Source: Kofleriaceae bacterium (lineage in GTDB: Bacteria > Myxococcota_A > Polyangia > Haliangiales > Haliangiaceae). Taken from it: a stretch of 64,000 nt of DNA. This document shows, piece after piece, positions 1 through 13,140 of this stretch. Position numbers and translations under genes: made by a program. The stretch covers positions 160,001 to 224,000 of the forward strand of contig CBDCCZ010000018.1 of NCBI GenBank assembly GCA_965215005.1, in the 5' to 3' direction. Numbering within the stretch: position 1 is the first letter of the stretch; each line of letters starts with the position of its first letter. The notes under the pieces are model-generated. The model made no database searches and had not been told where the DNA came from. It was given only the letters and a program-made list of their open reading frames with translations.

Positions 1-526
1 CCCTCGACGGTGTGAGATGCCGCCTCGGCTCGTCTGAGAGCTCGCGACTGCCCCTGCGGCTTGGTCTCCGGATTCGAGGAGCGGTTATAGGCGCCTGATG
101 GCGCGGATCCTCGTGGAGCTCCGCAGGCAGTGATCGAAAGAAGCACGAGTAAATACGTCCGATGCATATGACTGCTCCGCAAAATAGCAGCCGTCGCCAG
201 GCTGCTTCGCGTACAGGACGCTCGGTGTGACTCTGCCAAGACCTGCCGCTTCTAAAGCCTAGAGAGTGACGAAGGCGTGCGCGGCGACGAGCTCGGATCC
301 CGAACATTCGGCTTGGAGGGCGCACGCTCGATTGTTACTGATAAGCAACTATCGGGTAGTGGTGGAGAATGGCTCCAACCACCTGAGGCCCCCTGCCCTC
401 GGCGCGATGAAGCGTGCCGGTTGACCAGCGCGCTCGCGGTCGCTATCTGCGCGGGTTTGGGTCCAGCCACTGGAGCGCCGCTCACGATATCGATCTTCGG
501 CACGAGGACTGCTTTGGTGCGCCCTT

Positions 527-2905
527 GTGTGGCAAAGAAGTAGTTGCATTGTCCTCGGTGCGCTCGGCTCGTGCCTATTCGCCCTCGCCTGCAACGGCGC
601 GATCACCGGCGACGACGGCCATAATGGCGAGAACGGCAGCGATGGCGCCGACATGGGCGCATCCGCCGCGACGGATCGCATCGCGGTGCCGATCGAGGTC
701 TATCCAACCAAGATCGACTTGTTTGACAGCACGGAGCACTGCGTTGCACGAACGTTTCGTGTCGACGATCCCAGCAAAGCGGAACGGCTCCTGCTGCAAG
801 GGCACAACCTGCACTACCGGGACGGTCATCTCGTTGATGGAACGCTGGTCAAAGATGGCAAGGCAAGCGTCATTCTCAATGGCGGCACGCGCGTTTCGCT
901 GACCAACGAAACCGTCGATCTCTATCGCGCGGAACGCGTCTGGGGAGGGATCGGCGGCGGCTATCGCACGATACGCGGCACGATCGCGCTCGAGCAGTTG
1001 GGTGGCCTGCGAAGCGGCGAGAACACCATCCAGTTCTGTTTCAACGGCACCGACGGGGCATCGTCGGGCTTTCGCATCTTGCGCTTCAACTTCACCGGAG
1101 CAAACGACTACACGTTGTTTGCTGCAAGCGACTTCGTCGAAGACGACCCCGACACCTGGCGGGCCCCCGCCGGAGCCGACGCCGCGCGTGGTCGGCAGCT
1201 TTGGGAAGGCTCGTTCTCGCTGATCGAGCGGCCGGGTGGCAGCACCATCCGCGCCTCGTGCGCGGACTGCCACGACGCCTCCGGTCGCGACCTGCAGTAC
1301 TTTGCTTACTCGAACCTTTCGATCATCTCCCGCGCCGTCTTCCACGGCCTCACGCTGCAAGACGGCGACGACATCGCGGCGTACATCCGCGAGAATCCCG
1401 CGCCGCGCTACGGACGTCCTTGGAACCCGCCGTATCAGCCAGCACCCGGCATCGACTCGCGCGCCGATGCCGCCGCGCGCTGGGCGGCCGGCGCGGGGCT
1501 CGACGCCGTGCTCGAAAGTGAACGACAGGATGCGCTCGACCAGCTGTTTCCACGCGCCAGCGGTAGCGATGGACGTCGAACCGTCGCCGACATTCTCAGC
1601 GTGCTGCGCGCAGACGATTTGCCGCAACGAACGATCAATCTGCGCGAGACGAGCGTGGCGCTGCAGCTGCCTGACTGGAACTCGTGGTTGCCGGAGGTTC
1701 ACCCGCGCGACCTCTGGGGCCCGCTGTTCATGGAGGGAGAGCAAGGCGATTGCGGCACCGTTCCCAGTCCGCATCTGGCTTACGAGCAGGCAATGGCCGG
1801 GCTCGCGACGGCCACGACTCCAAGCCAATATCGCGCTCTCACGCCGCGTATCGAGCGGGCGACGCGTGCCTTCATCGGCGTCGGACCCAAGCCGGGCACC
1901 GATGGTTCCGATTGGCGACGCATCGTCGACAATGCCGAGGCGTGTGCACCGGTGCGGCGCATTCAACGCGGCGTGTCGGCGGAGCTGGCCAAGCGCAGCC
2001 TGGCCCAGTGGCTGGCGGTCAAGCAGTGGGAGATGGTGCAGCGCTTCGAGCTGGAGGACCAAGCTGCCGCGATCTACGCGGGCACTCCGCGAGCGGAGTT
2101 TGCAGAGGCGTTGTCGTGGCCTCTCGATGGCCAACAAAGCGTTCATCCAGTGGCGCCCCACATCGTTAGCGATGACCTGCAGCTGTTTCGCAGCGACGAC
2201 GTCAAGCAGACTGCGGTCAAGAGCAAGTACGACTCCACCGCGTGGTACCAGCTAAACATGATCCTAGATACCGGCGCCCGTCATCGCACCGGTGTGGCGC
2301 CGGTAGATTGGCCGTATCAGTACCGCCATATCTTCGAGGCCGCGGACTACGCTCAAAAACAAGCAGAAAACGCCTTTGACGCGATCGATTACCAGCCGCT
2401 GCGTCAGGTCCACTCGATGATCAAGGCCTATCAAATGCGCGACAACGGCGGCTTTCCCGATGTGCAAGGCTGGACGCTGCGCTACGTGAGCCCCTTCTGG
2501 CTGGTTTATCACCCGGACCAGATGGCGGCGCTCGATGCGCTCGAACCGGAGCTCGAACGCAAAGTAGTAGAGGCCTTCGTGCTCCGTTACGTAGAAATTG
2601 CCAGCAAGATCAACGATGGCGCTTGGAGCGTATGCCCGGCGAATCCCAGCACACCACGCACGTGGTTTTGTATCCAAGGCAAAGACTACAAACCCGTCCC
2701 AGCGCCGCCGCAAACCGCGCCGCGAAACGGCCGCCGAGTGCCCCGCTTCAGCATTGGCCACTTCAACCATGCCGACGACTTCTTGCGACTGTTTCCGATT
2801 CTGAGGGCCAAGGGAGTTAGTCAGGAGGCTCGCGACAAACTGCGCAGCTGGTGCAAACAGCGCTGGCCGCTAGGAGATTGGGGAAACGCAGAAGCATATC
2901 CGTGA
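527..2905 (+). CDS. Large lipoprotein with a single c-type heme motif (CADCH), function unknown
   Basis: 792-aa ORF; signal peptide ending in lipobox-like FALAC; motif ASCADCHDASGRDLQYF. Confidence 0.75.
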   Translation: MWQRSSCIVLGALGSCLFALACNGAITGDDGHNGENGSDGADMGASAATDRIAVPIEVYPTKIDLFDSTEHCVARTFRVDDPSKAERLLLQGHNLHYRDGHLVDGTLVKDGKASVILNGGTRVSLTNETVDLYRAERVWGGIGGGYRTIRGTIALEQLGGLRSGENTIQFCFNGTDGASSGFRILRFNFTGANDYTLFAASDFVEDDPDTWRAPAGADAARGRQLWEGSFSLIERPGGSTIRASCADCHDASGRDLQYFAYSNLSIISRAVFHGLTLQDGDDIAAYIRENPAPRYGRPWNPPYQPAPGIDSRADAAARWAAGAGLDAVLESERQDALDQLFPRASGSDGRRTVADILSVLRADDLPQRTINLRETSVALQLPDWNSWLPEVHPRDLWGPLFMEGEQGDCGTVPSPHLAYEQAMAGLATATTPSQYRALTPRIERATRAFIGVGPKPGTDGSDWRRIVDNAEACAPVRRIQRGVSAELAKRSLAQWLAVKQWEMVQRFELEDQAAAIYAGTPRAEFAEALSWPLDGQQSVHPVAPHIVSDDLQLFRSDDVKQTAVKSKYDSTAWYQLNMILDTGARHRTGVAPVDWPYQYRHIFEAADYAQKQAENAFDAIDYQPLRQVHSMIKAYQMRDNGGFPDVQGWTLRYVSPFWLVYHPDQMAALDALEPELERKVVEAFVLRYVEIASKINDGAWSVCPANPSTPRTWFCIQGKDYKPVPAPPQTAPRNGRRVPRFSIGHFNHADDFLRLFPILRAKGVSQEARDKLRSWCKQRWPLGDWGNAEAYP

Positions 2906-3099
2906 GAGCGCGGGCGCTCCGTTGCCATTGCGTTGCCAATGAGAGCCTCGGCGATCGTCGTTTGGCGGCTCGTCGCCCGGGCGCTGATTTCGTCGCCCAT
3001 GCGATGACGGTGGTGCCTCGCGGCTCTAATGAACAAACCAGGCTCGGGAGATGGCACTGCGTTCGTGCCGAGCGTGCGCCGGCGGTCCGCTCGTCTGGA

Positions 3100-4655
3100 T
3101 CAGGGCGCGGTTTGCGGTATCCAGATGGCGGCAGGCTCGACGGCGGCGCCGGTGTAGAGACGAGGGCGAAGCGTTGCGGGCAGCTGGGTTTGCAAGCGGT
3201 AGTGAACGTGGAGGCCGGGCAGATCGTGGCCGGGGGGGCGATTGTCCAAGACGATGGCGGCGAAGCGGCGTTCGGCGATGGCTTCGCGGAGGCCGGAGAC
3301 GGTCCACGCATTGCCGTAGGTGACGTCGAGGATGCCCATGCGATGGGTGTAGAGGCGCTTGCCGGCGAGATGGGCGTACCACGGGTGATAGGGAACCCAG
3401 ACGTCGCCGTCTACTTCGGCGATGCGATCGATGAGCGCGTCGCCGGCGGCAACGTCTCGCGAGGTGGGAATGAAGTCATGCGGGCTCCACCACGCTGCCA
3501 GGAGCTGTAGACCGAGAGCGCCGCCGACGACGAGAGCAACGATGACCGACGCTCTTGCATGCGCAAGCTCACGGGCCCAGCCAAGCAAGGCCAGAAAACT
3601 GGCCCCACACGCCAACGCACCGGTTGCCATGGCCGGCATGTAGGCGTTGAAGTGTGCCCATTGCGTGCCCCAGCCGAGGGCACCGACGAGGCAGCTCAAC
3701 GCAAACACCGGGGCCCAATACAGGAGCGCGGCGCTCGAGCGCGGCAGACGGCGCAGGCGCGCGGCGCTCAGCGCCACCACCAGGAGCCCAACGGCGATGG
3801 TCACGGTCATAAGCGGAAACTTCCAAAGGATGTTGAGAAACGACTGATAGAAGCGATCCATGTTGAAGTCGTGGACCTGATGGACCTCATAGATGTAGGT
3901 CCAGAACCAGCCGGTGGTGGCGCGATTGAAGATGGCGGTCCCGCCAAGGCCGATGGTTCCGGCGACGCCGACGTAAAGCGGCAGACGCCGCCAGTTCTGG
4001 ACCAGCAGCAAGACGCCACCGAGTGCCACGTACATCACGCCGGTCTGCTTGCAGAAGAACGAAAGCGCCAAAAGGGCAGCGGCCGCCGCAACGCGAGCTC
4101 CGCTGGCGTGCGCCCAGGCGCGCAGCGCAAGCAGCCCGCCGAGCACCATCGCCAAAAACAGCGAATCGGCGCGAACCAGGTCGTACCAGCCTTCGACCCA
4201 CGGATAGCTCGCAGCGAAGAAACCAACGGCCATCGCCGCGCCCACCCACGCGGCAGGACGATCGTCCTGTGGTCGGCGCGCTGCTTCGCGCACCAATGCC
4301 GCTGCCATGATGCTCGCGATGCCGGCGATGCTCGCGATCGAGATGGCGCGGCCGAGAGCGTAACTGATGCCCAATACGCTGCCCAAACTAGCGACGAGCG
4401 CCGGATAGAGCGGCGTGTAGAGATAAGGAATGAACTCCACCGACGGCGGGCGATAGATGCCGCTGCCGTCGGCAAGGCGTTGGGCATGCGCGAGCAGGCC
4501 GCCTTCCATCCACTCGAGGTCGTACGGATACAGCCATCGCGACAGCACCGCGATCAGGAGCAGCCCGAGCTGCGCCAGGCCGGGCAACGCGAGCAATAGC
4601 CATCCCAGCTGACCCTTACGCGCCAAGAAGCGATTGCGAAGCTGTGGCCAGAGTT

Positions 4656-4659
<4 letters not shown>
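3100..4659 (-). CDS. GT-C fold (ArnT/PMT-like) polytopic membrane glycosyltransferase
   Basis: Many TM segments; acidic first loop DLEWMEGG followed by YTPLY, RADSL and KQ motifs; start moved to ATG 4659, which overlaps the upstream stop (ATGA). Confidence 0.7.
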
Positions 4660-7343
<2,684 letters not shown>

Positions 7344-7486
7344 TCGGCAAGGCTAGCCAGCGGGCGATGCAAGTCAACGGCCCCGGCCGCGTCGTGGAAG
7401 CCGGCGCCGGGCCGTGGTCGCGCTAGGCCCCAGCCACAGCAGACGCAACGCCGCCACCGCCGCGCCCGCTCGCGCTACCATGCCCC

Positions 7487-8926
7487 GTGATGGCGCTTTC
7501 CTCGGGGGCTGCGCGAGCCGGCGTGGTGAACGTCTTCGCGCTTTGCGCGGCGCTATGGACGGTGGGACTCGATCGGCCGTTCGGCAACGGCGACGAGGTC
7601 ATCTATGCGCAGAATGTTCGTGAGATGGCGCGGAGCGGCTCGCTGTTCCCGCTCACCTGGCAGGGTGCACCGGTCTTGCAGCGACCACCGCTGCCATTCG
7701 TGCTCGCGCGCACCAGCAGCGCCATCGCCAGCGGCGAACGCGGTCTGCGACTGGCATCGGCCGCAGCCAGTTTTCTGGCCTTGATGGTCCTGTACCTGGG
7801 CGCCCATCGGCTGTGGCAGCGTCGCGACGTCGCCCTCGTTGCCATGCTGCTGTGCGCCTCGTGCCCCTCGTTCTATTTCTTTGGTCGCGCTCTTCTGAGC
7901 GATCCGCCGTTCGTGCTGCTGGTGACTGTGGCCATCGTCGCCACCCTGGCGAGTCGCGAGCACCCACGAGCTCTCATCGTGGTCGGAGCGGCTCTGGGCG
8001 GCGCGGTCGCGTGCAAGAGCTTGGCGGCGGCGGTGCCTGCGCTCGCCATCGCACCCTGGCTCTGCGCGTCGCGTTTCTCGCCACGCCTCTGGCTTGCCGC
8101 CGCCGCCGCATTTCTCGCCCTCGCGGCGCCGTTCTACATCGTCGGCATGGTCCACTACGGCACGCGCTTTTGGCACGAGCACGTCGGCTATAGCCTCGTA
8201 GCCCGCGCCCGCGGCGAGCTCGCCGTGGGCATGCCCGGCGCCTTTCCCTATCTGCGGTACCTGGTCGCAAGCGATGGTCTGGCCGCGCTCTGGGTGCTCG
8301 GTGGACCGCTCGCGGCGATCCTTTGTTGGCGACGCGGCGCATCGTCAACCGTCGCCGCCGGATGCATTGCGCTGACCATGTTCGCGCTGCTGTCGCTGCT
8401 GGGCACCCGCCTGCCCCATTACCTGCTGCCGGTGTATCCCGCCTCGGCGTTGGCCACCGCCGGCGTCTATCACACCCTCAGCCGCGATCGCCCGCCGTGG
8501 CGCCACGGGTGGCGCGCCCTATTCGCGCCTATCACCGCCGCCACGCTGCTACTGCTGGGACTCGACCGGCTGCCCGAGCAGCACTTCCTGCCCTCGCCCG
8601 CCGCCGTCGCCCTCGATCGCGCCGCCCGTGGCGTTCCCGCCGAGGCCTCCCTCCTGGTGCTCGACTGGTACGCACCGGTCATCGGTTACTACGCCGACCA
8701 CCCGATCGAGCTCATCACCAGCTCGGAATCCTTCTTCGACATCCTCGCCGACGTCGACTTCTTTCGCGCCGCCGATGCCGTCGCCATGACTCCACCACCC
8801 GGCACCGGGCAGGTCTGGGTCGCCGGCCCCGCCGAGGCCATCGCCGCGGCGCCCTGGCTATCCGCTATCGAGCACCTGGCCGAGGCAGGACCCTACCAGC
8901 TGGTGCGCGGCCAGCTCGTGCGTTAG
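7487..8926 (+). CDS. ArnT-family (GT83/GT39-like) membrane glycosyltransferase
   Basis: DE motif (GDEVIYAQNVREM), RPPL, CKS and PHYLLPVYP motifs; multiple TMs. Confidence 0.75.
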   Translation: MMALSSGAARAGVVNVFALCAALWTVGLDRPFGNGDEVIYAQNVREMARSGSLFPLTWQGAPVLQRPPLPFVLARTSSAIASGERGLRLASAAASFLALMVLYLGAHRLWQRRDVALVAMLLCASCPSFYFFGRALLSDPPFVLLVTVAIVATLASREHPRALIVVGAALGGAVACKSLAAAVPALAIAPWLCASRFSPRLWLAAAAAFLALAAPFYIVGMVHYGTRFWHEHVGYSLVARARGELAVGMPGAFPYLRYLVASDGLAALWVLGGPLAAILCWRRGASSTVAAGCIALTMFALLSLLGTRLPHYLLPVYPASALATAGVYHTLSRDRPPWRHGWRALFAPITAATLLLLGLDRLPEQHFLPSPAAVALDRAARGVPAEASLLVLDWYAPVIGYYADHPIELITSSESFFDILADVDFFRAADAVAMTPPPGTGQVWVAGPAEAIAAAPWLSAIEHLAEAGPYQLVRGQLVR

Positions 8927-8938
8927 GTTGACGCGCTC

Positions 8939-10561
8939 GTGCCTTCGGCCCCGCTCAGCCCGCTCCTGCGTCGCTTCGCGCCGCTTCTGGCATGGTCGCT
9001 GGTGCTGCTTTGGCACTCGCTGCAATACAACTTCGTCACCGACGATGCCTATATCTCGTTCGTCTTCGCGCGCAACTTCGCCGAGCACGGCCAGCTGGTG
9101 TTCAACGCCGGCGGCACCCCGGTAGAGGGCTACACCAACTTCACCTGGACCCTCCTTTTGGGCGTGCTGATGTGGCTCGGCTTGCCCCCCGAGGTAATGT
9201 CGCTGGTGCTGGGCACCGCGTTTGGCATCGCGACCCTTTGGGTGGGCTGGCGGCTGATGGTGCACGTTCTCGACGATCGCGACAGCGCGTGGGCACACCT
9301 GCCAGCTGGATTTCTGGCTATGTCCGCGGGCTATGCGTGCTGGTCTTCCGGAGGCCTCGAGACCCAGCTGTTCACGTTCTTGGTCACCACCGCCATCACG
9401 CTCTACGCGCTTGCCAAAGAGCGCGCAGCGCTGCTGCCGTGGATGGCGGCGGTCCTTGCGCTCGCGTGCATGACGCGACCCGAAGGCTTGCTCGTGGTCG
9501 GCGTCATCGGCGGCCATCGGCTCGCCGGCAACATCGCGGGTGAGCGTCGCGTGCTCCCCAGTCGCGACGAGTGGCGCTGTCTGGCGGTATTTCTGCTGAT
9601 ATGGGCGCCGTGGCAAGCGTGGCGCTGGTGGTACTACGGCTATCCGCTGCCCAACACCTATTACGTCAAAGCCGCCGGCCAACCGCCCAACCCCGAGGCA
9701 TACCACCGCGCGCTCATCGCCAACGGCCTGTATTACGTCGGCCAGTGGCTCCGGCAGACCGGCCTTCTAGTCGGTGCGCCCATCGCCCTCGCCGGTCTGG
9801 TGGTGGCGCGCTGGCGCAGCCGGCGTTTTTACCTCGGCAGCGTGTTGGTGCCGCTCACGGCCCTGTATCTGATCTACACCGTGCGCGTCGGCGGCGACTT
9901 CATGGGACTACACCGGTTCATCATGCCGCTGTTGGTGTTCGCAGCGCTCGGCATGGCGCTGGGGTTGTGGCTGCTCGCGAGTACGTTGCCGAGCCGGCTC
10001 CGCTCATGGGCCCCCTTCGTCATTGCGCTGCTCCTGGCCGCCTACGGCGTTTCGCAGTGGCGGCTCACCGTGCGCTCGCTGGCGCCCGACAACTGGCGCG
10101 CCGACCACGGCATCGACACGCCTGGCTACCTCTGGGTGTATGCCCACGACCGCGCGCTCATCGGCGCGCACATGCGCGACTGCTTTACCGACGATGACTT
10201 CTCCATCGTCGGCGGCGCCGGCGCCAAGCCATACGTCGGCCGCGTGCGCAGCATCGACGTCTTCGGCTTGGTGTCCGAGGTCATTGCGCAGCAAGTACCG
10301 CCGACGCGCCCGCGCGCCGGCCACAATAAATGGGGCCCCGACGCCCTGCTGCACGAGGTCTACGAGCCGACCTTCGTGTTCTCGTGCTATGCGCTGCATC
10401 CAACGCCCGCTGCGCCATCCTTGCCGTGCGCCAGCTACTGGCTACGACACGGCTACGAGCGCGTCACGCTGCACATCCCGGGACTCCTCGAGCGCGGCGA
10501 GTACTACACGTTCCTCAAGCAGCGCACGCGCGATTTCACGTGTCCGGGCCTGTCGCCGTGA
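8939..10561 (+). CDS. GT-C fold membrane protein resembling arabinofuranosyltransferase (AftB-like) family
   Basis: [12 protein letters not shown]...VFN...[34 protein letters not shown] and DVFGL motifs. Confidence 0.7.
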   Translation: MPSAPLSPLLRRFAPLLAWSLVLLWHSLQYNFVTDDAYISFVFARNFAEHGQLVFNAGGTPVEGYTNFTWTLLLGVLMWLGLPPEVMSLVLGTAFGIATLWVGWRLMVHVLDDRDSAWAHLPAGFLAMSAGYACWSSGGLETQLFTFLVTTAITLYALAKERAALLPWMAAVLALACMTRPEGLLVVGVIGGHRLAGNIAGERRVLPSRDEWRCLAVFLLIWAPWQAWRWWYYGYPLPNTYYVKAAGQPPNPEAYHRALIANGLYYVGQWLRQTGLLVGAPIALAGLVVARWRSRRFYLGSVLVPLTALYLIYTVRVGGDFMGLHRFIMPLLVFAALGMALGLWLLASTLPSRLRSWAPFVIALLLAAYGVSQWRLTVRSLAPDNWRADHGIDTPGYLWVYAHDRALIGAHMRDCFTDDDFSIVGGAGAKPYVGRVRSIDVFGLVSEVIAQQVPPTRPRAGHNKWGPDALLHEVYEPTFVFSCYALHPTPAAPSLPCASYWLRHGYERVTLHIPGLLERGEYYTFLKQRTRDFTCPGLSP

Positions 10562-12525
10562 GTCGAAGCGCGTGGGTGGTGGTCGCGGCGCTCGCCGCCG
10601 TGGCCCTATTGCTCGCACTGCGGGCGCTGCTGGTGACCGACCCGCTCGAGCGGCTTGCGCGCGACGGCGACCGCTATCAGGGCAGCTGGCTGCTGCCGCG
10701 CGGCGGCCCCTACATCCTTGGCTTCGAGTCGCCAGGTGCTGCCGAGCTGTGGGTCGACGACCGGCGCGTAGCCAGCGGCACCGGCGAGCAGTCCAGCCGC
10801 CACGTCTTTGCGCCGGGCGTGTATTCAGTCCGGTTCCTCGCGCCCCGCGGCGCGCGGCTCCTTTGGCATCCGCCGGGGCGCCGGGGACCCCTTGAATATG
10901 TGCCTGTCTCGTCGTTATCACCACAGCCGCCGCCGCAAGCGCAGTTTGGGCGCTGGGCGGGGGCCTCGCCGGTCGATGGAGTGATCGCCGCGGCCATCGT
11001 GTTGGTCGCATTCGCCGCCTTGGCGTACCTGCTGCGCCGCTCGCTTCAGGGCATTGGACGTCGCCGCTGGCTGCTGCTGCTCGCCGTGTTTGCCGCGGCC
11101 GCCGCCATTCGTCTCGTCGATCTGAGCGCGGCAGGGCAAACGTGGGACGAAGACGTCAACTGGTCGGCAGGGCGCAACTACATCACGAACGTGTTGGCGC
11201 TGGATGCGCGTCCCGCTTCGTGGCGCTGGAATCTCGAGCATCCGCCGGTCATGAAATACCTCGCCGGCATCGGCGCGCAGCTCGCTGACGGCTACGGGCC
11301 GGCGCGCGCTCTCTCTGCGTTGATCATGGCCGCAACCTGCGCGCTGCTGGTGCTCATCGGCGAGCGCCTCTACTCGCTACGAGTGGGCGTCTTGGCCGGA
11401 GCGATCGCTGCGCTGTCGCCGCACCTCATCGCCCACGGCAAGGTAGTCGGTCACGAGGCTCCAACCGCGCTGCTATGGACGCTGGCGGTGCTGCTGTGCT
11501 TGCGTTGCTTTGACTCCGCGCGCCCTTACCTGCCATCGCGGCAGCTCGCGTGGCGCTTCGCGGGCCTGGGCGTCGTGCTCGGGCTGGCGCTGTTTTCGCG
11601 GTTTGTAAATGGCCTGTTGGCTCCGCTCATCGGCACGCTGCTACTACTGGGCGCGCCGCGCGGCCAACACCGCCGCGTGTTGGTGCTCGGCCTCGCCATC
11701 ATTCCTGCCGTCGCGATTCTCGTCGGGCTGATAATCTGGCCTCGCCTGTGGCACGCGCCGATAGCGCACCTTCTCGAGGCATGGCAGACGCTGCGCAAGC
11801 CGCACGCCCCAGAGCCGTATCTCGGCGTCATCACCAACGTGCCGCCGCGGCACTACTTCCTCGTGTATTTGCTGGCGACGGCACCGCTTGGCGTGCTCGT
11901 GGCGGCCGCCGGGTGGCTCGCGCGCCTGGCCGCGCAGCCCCGGCCGTGGCGCTCGCACGCCGCGCTCGCGTTGTGGCTGGTGATGCCGCTCGCGGTCATG
12001 CTGTCGCCAGTGCGCCAAGACGGCGTTCGCTACATCATGCCGTCGCTGGTGGCGCTCTCGGTCATCGCCGCGGCGGGCATCGAGTTTGCCGCCTCGCTAG
12101 CGGGGCGCCACGCGCGTGTGGTCTTCACCATCGCCAGCGCCGCCTTCATCGCCTACCTCGTCATCACTGCCGCACGCATTCATCCGTACTACCTCGACTA
12201 CTATGGCGAGCACGTTGGAGGTCCCGCGCGCGTCGCGGCCAATGACCGCTTCGAGGTCGGGTGGTGGGGCGAAGGATTGCAAGCGGCGCTCGCGTTTCTG
12301 AACCGCGAAGCGCCTCGCGGGGCGCGTGTCTACAAAGGTTGCGTATTGCCCGCGCACCTGGCCTGGCTCCGCCACGACTTATGGGAACGCGAGGCGCGCC
12401 GCGCCGACGACGCAGATTGGATCCTTTGGTACGCGGCGAGCAACTGCGAGATCCCGCGTGAGTTTCGACTGGTGTTCGAGGAGAGCGCGCAAGGAGCGCC
12501 GCTCGCGCGGGTATATCGCCGCTAG
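10558..12525 (+). CDS. GT39/ArnT-like glycosyltransferase with an N-terminal PA14-like extracytoplasmic domain
   Basis: GTG 10558 overlaps previous stop (GTGA); TWDE, EHPP and RY motifs; beta-rich segment ELWVDDRRV. Confidence 0.7.
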   Translation: MSRSAWVVVAALAAVALLLALRALLVTDPLERLARDGDRYQGSWLLPRGGPYILGFESPGAAELWVDDRRVASGTGEQSSRHVFAPGVYSVRFLAPRGARLLWHPPGRRGPLEYVPVSSLSPQPPPQAQFGRWAGASPVDGVIAAAIVLVAFAALAYLLRRSLQGIGRRRWLLLLAVFAAAAAIRLVDLSAAGQTWDEDVNWSAGRNYITNVLALDARPASWRWNLEHPPVMKYLAGIGAQLADGYGPARALSALIMAATCALLVLIGERLYSLRVGVLAGAIAALSPHLIAHGKVVGHEAPTALLWTLAVLLCLRCFDSARPYLPSRQLAWRFAGLGVVLGLALFSRFVNGLLAPLIGTLLLLGAPRGQHRRVLVLGLAIIPAVAILVGLIIWPRLWHAPIAHLLEAWQTLRKPHAPEPYLGVITNVPPRHYFLVYLLATAPLGVLVAAAGWLARLAAQPRPWRSHAALALWLVMPLAVMLSPVRQDGVRYIMPSLVALSVIAAAGIEFAASLAGRHARVVFTIASAAFIAYLVITAARIHPYYLDYYGEHVGGPARVAANDRFEVGWWGEGLQAALAFLNREAPRGARVYKGCVLPAHLAWLRHDLWEREARRADDADWILWYAASNCEIPREFRLVFEESAQGAPLARVYRR

Positions 12526-12537
12526 CCTGCAGTTCCG

Positions 12538-12996
12538 CTACTTCGTTGGGCTGCCGGAGACTTTCCACGACTGCGTGCAGAGGGGCTTGGTGCCGCTGTA
12601 GAACTCGGCTACGAACACCATCTGCAAACGCTTGCCCTCGACGCGACCGGCGGCCGAGAACTTGCCATCGGCGCCTTGGATGGAGGTGGGTCCTTTGGGC
12701 GCCTTCGCGTTGAACTTACCGCCCTTGCTGAAGGTTCCTTTCATCACCGGAACCATCGGCACCACCACGCTCATACCACTGCCAGAGCCGCTTCGAAGCT
12801 CGACCGTGGCCTTGCTCAAATTCATGCGCGCGCCGGTGCAGTTGTTGGTGACCTCCTCGAAGGTCGCCTGATACGAGCCCGCGGGGTCGTCGTCTTTGCT
12901 CTGTGCTGCGGCCGCGGGAACGAGAACGAGCAGCAGAGCGGCGGCAGTCGCGAAGCTGATCGAGAGGTTGAGGAAGTTCTGCAAGGGGAACCGCAT
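12538..12996 (-). CDS. Secreted hypothetical protein (two Cys, beta-rich)
   Basis: Signal peptide ending AAAQ; codon usage typical of neighbouring genes. Confidence 0.6.
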   Translation of the reverse strand: MRFPLQNFLNLSISFATAAALLLVLVPAAAAQSKDDDPAGSYQATFEEVTNNCTGARMNLSKATVELRSGSGSGMSVVVPMVPVMKGTFSKGGKFNAKAPKGPTSIQGADGKFSAAGRVEGKRLQMVFVAEFYSGTKPLCTQSWKVSGSPTK

Positions 12997-13140
12997 GTCT
13001 CGTTCCCGATTTGACCACTGCTGCAGTGGAACATTCAGCACAAAACCCGTGAAATCCGGAAATCCCCGAATTCGCGGCGCAAAATGCGCGTGCGCCAGCG
13101 TCGGCGGTGTTGCATTCCTCACGCTTCTAAGGAGCGCCGA

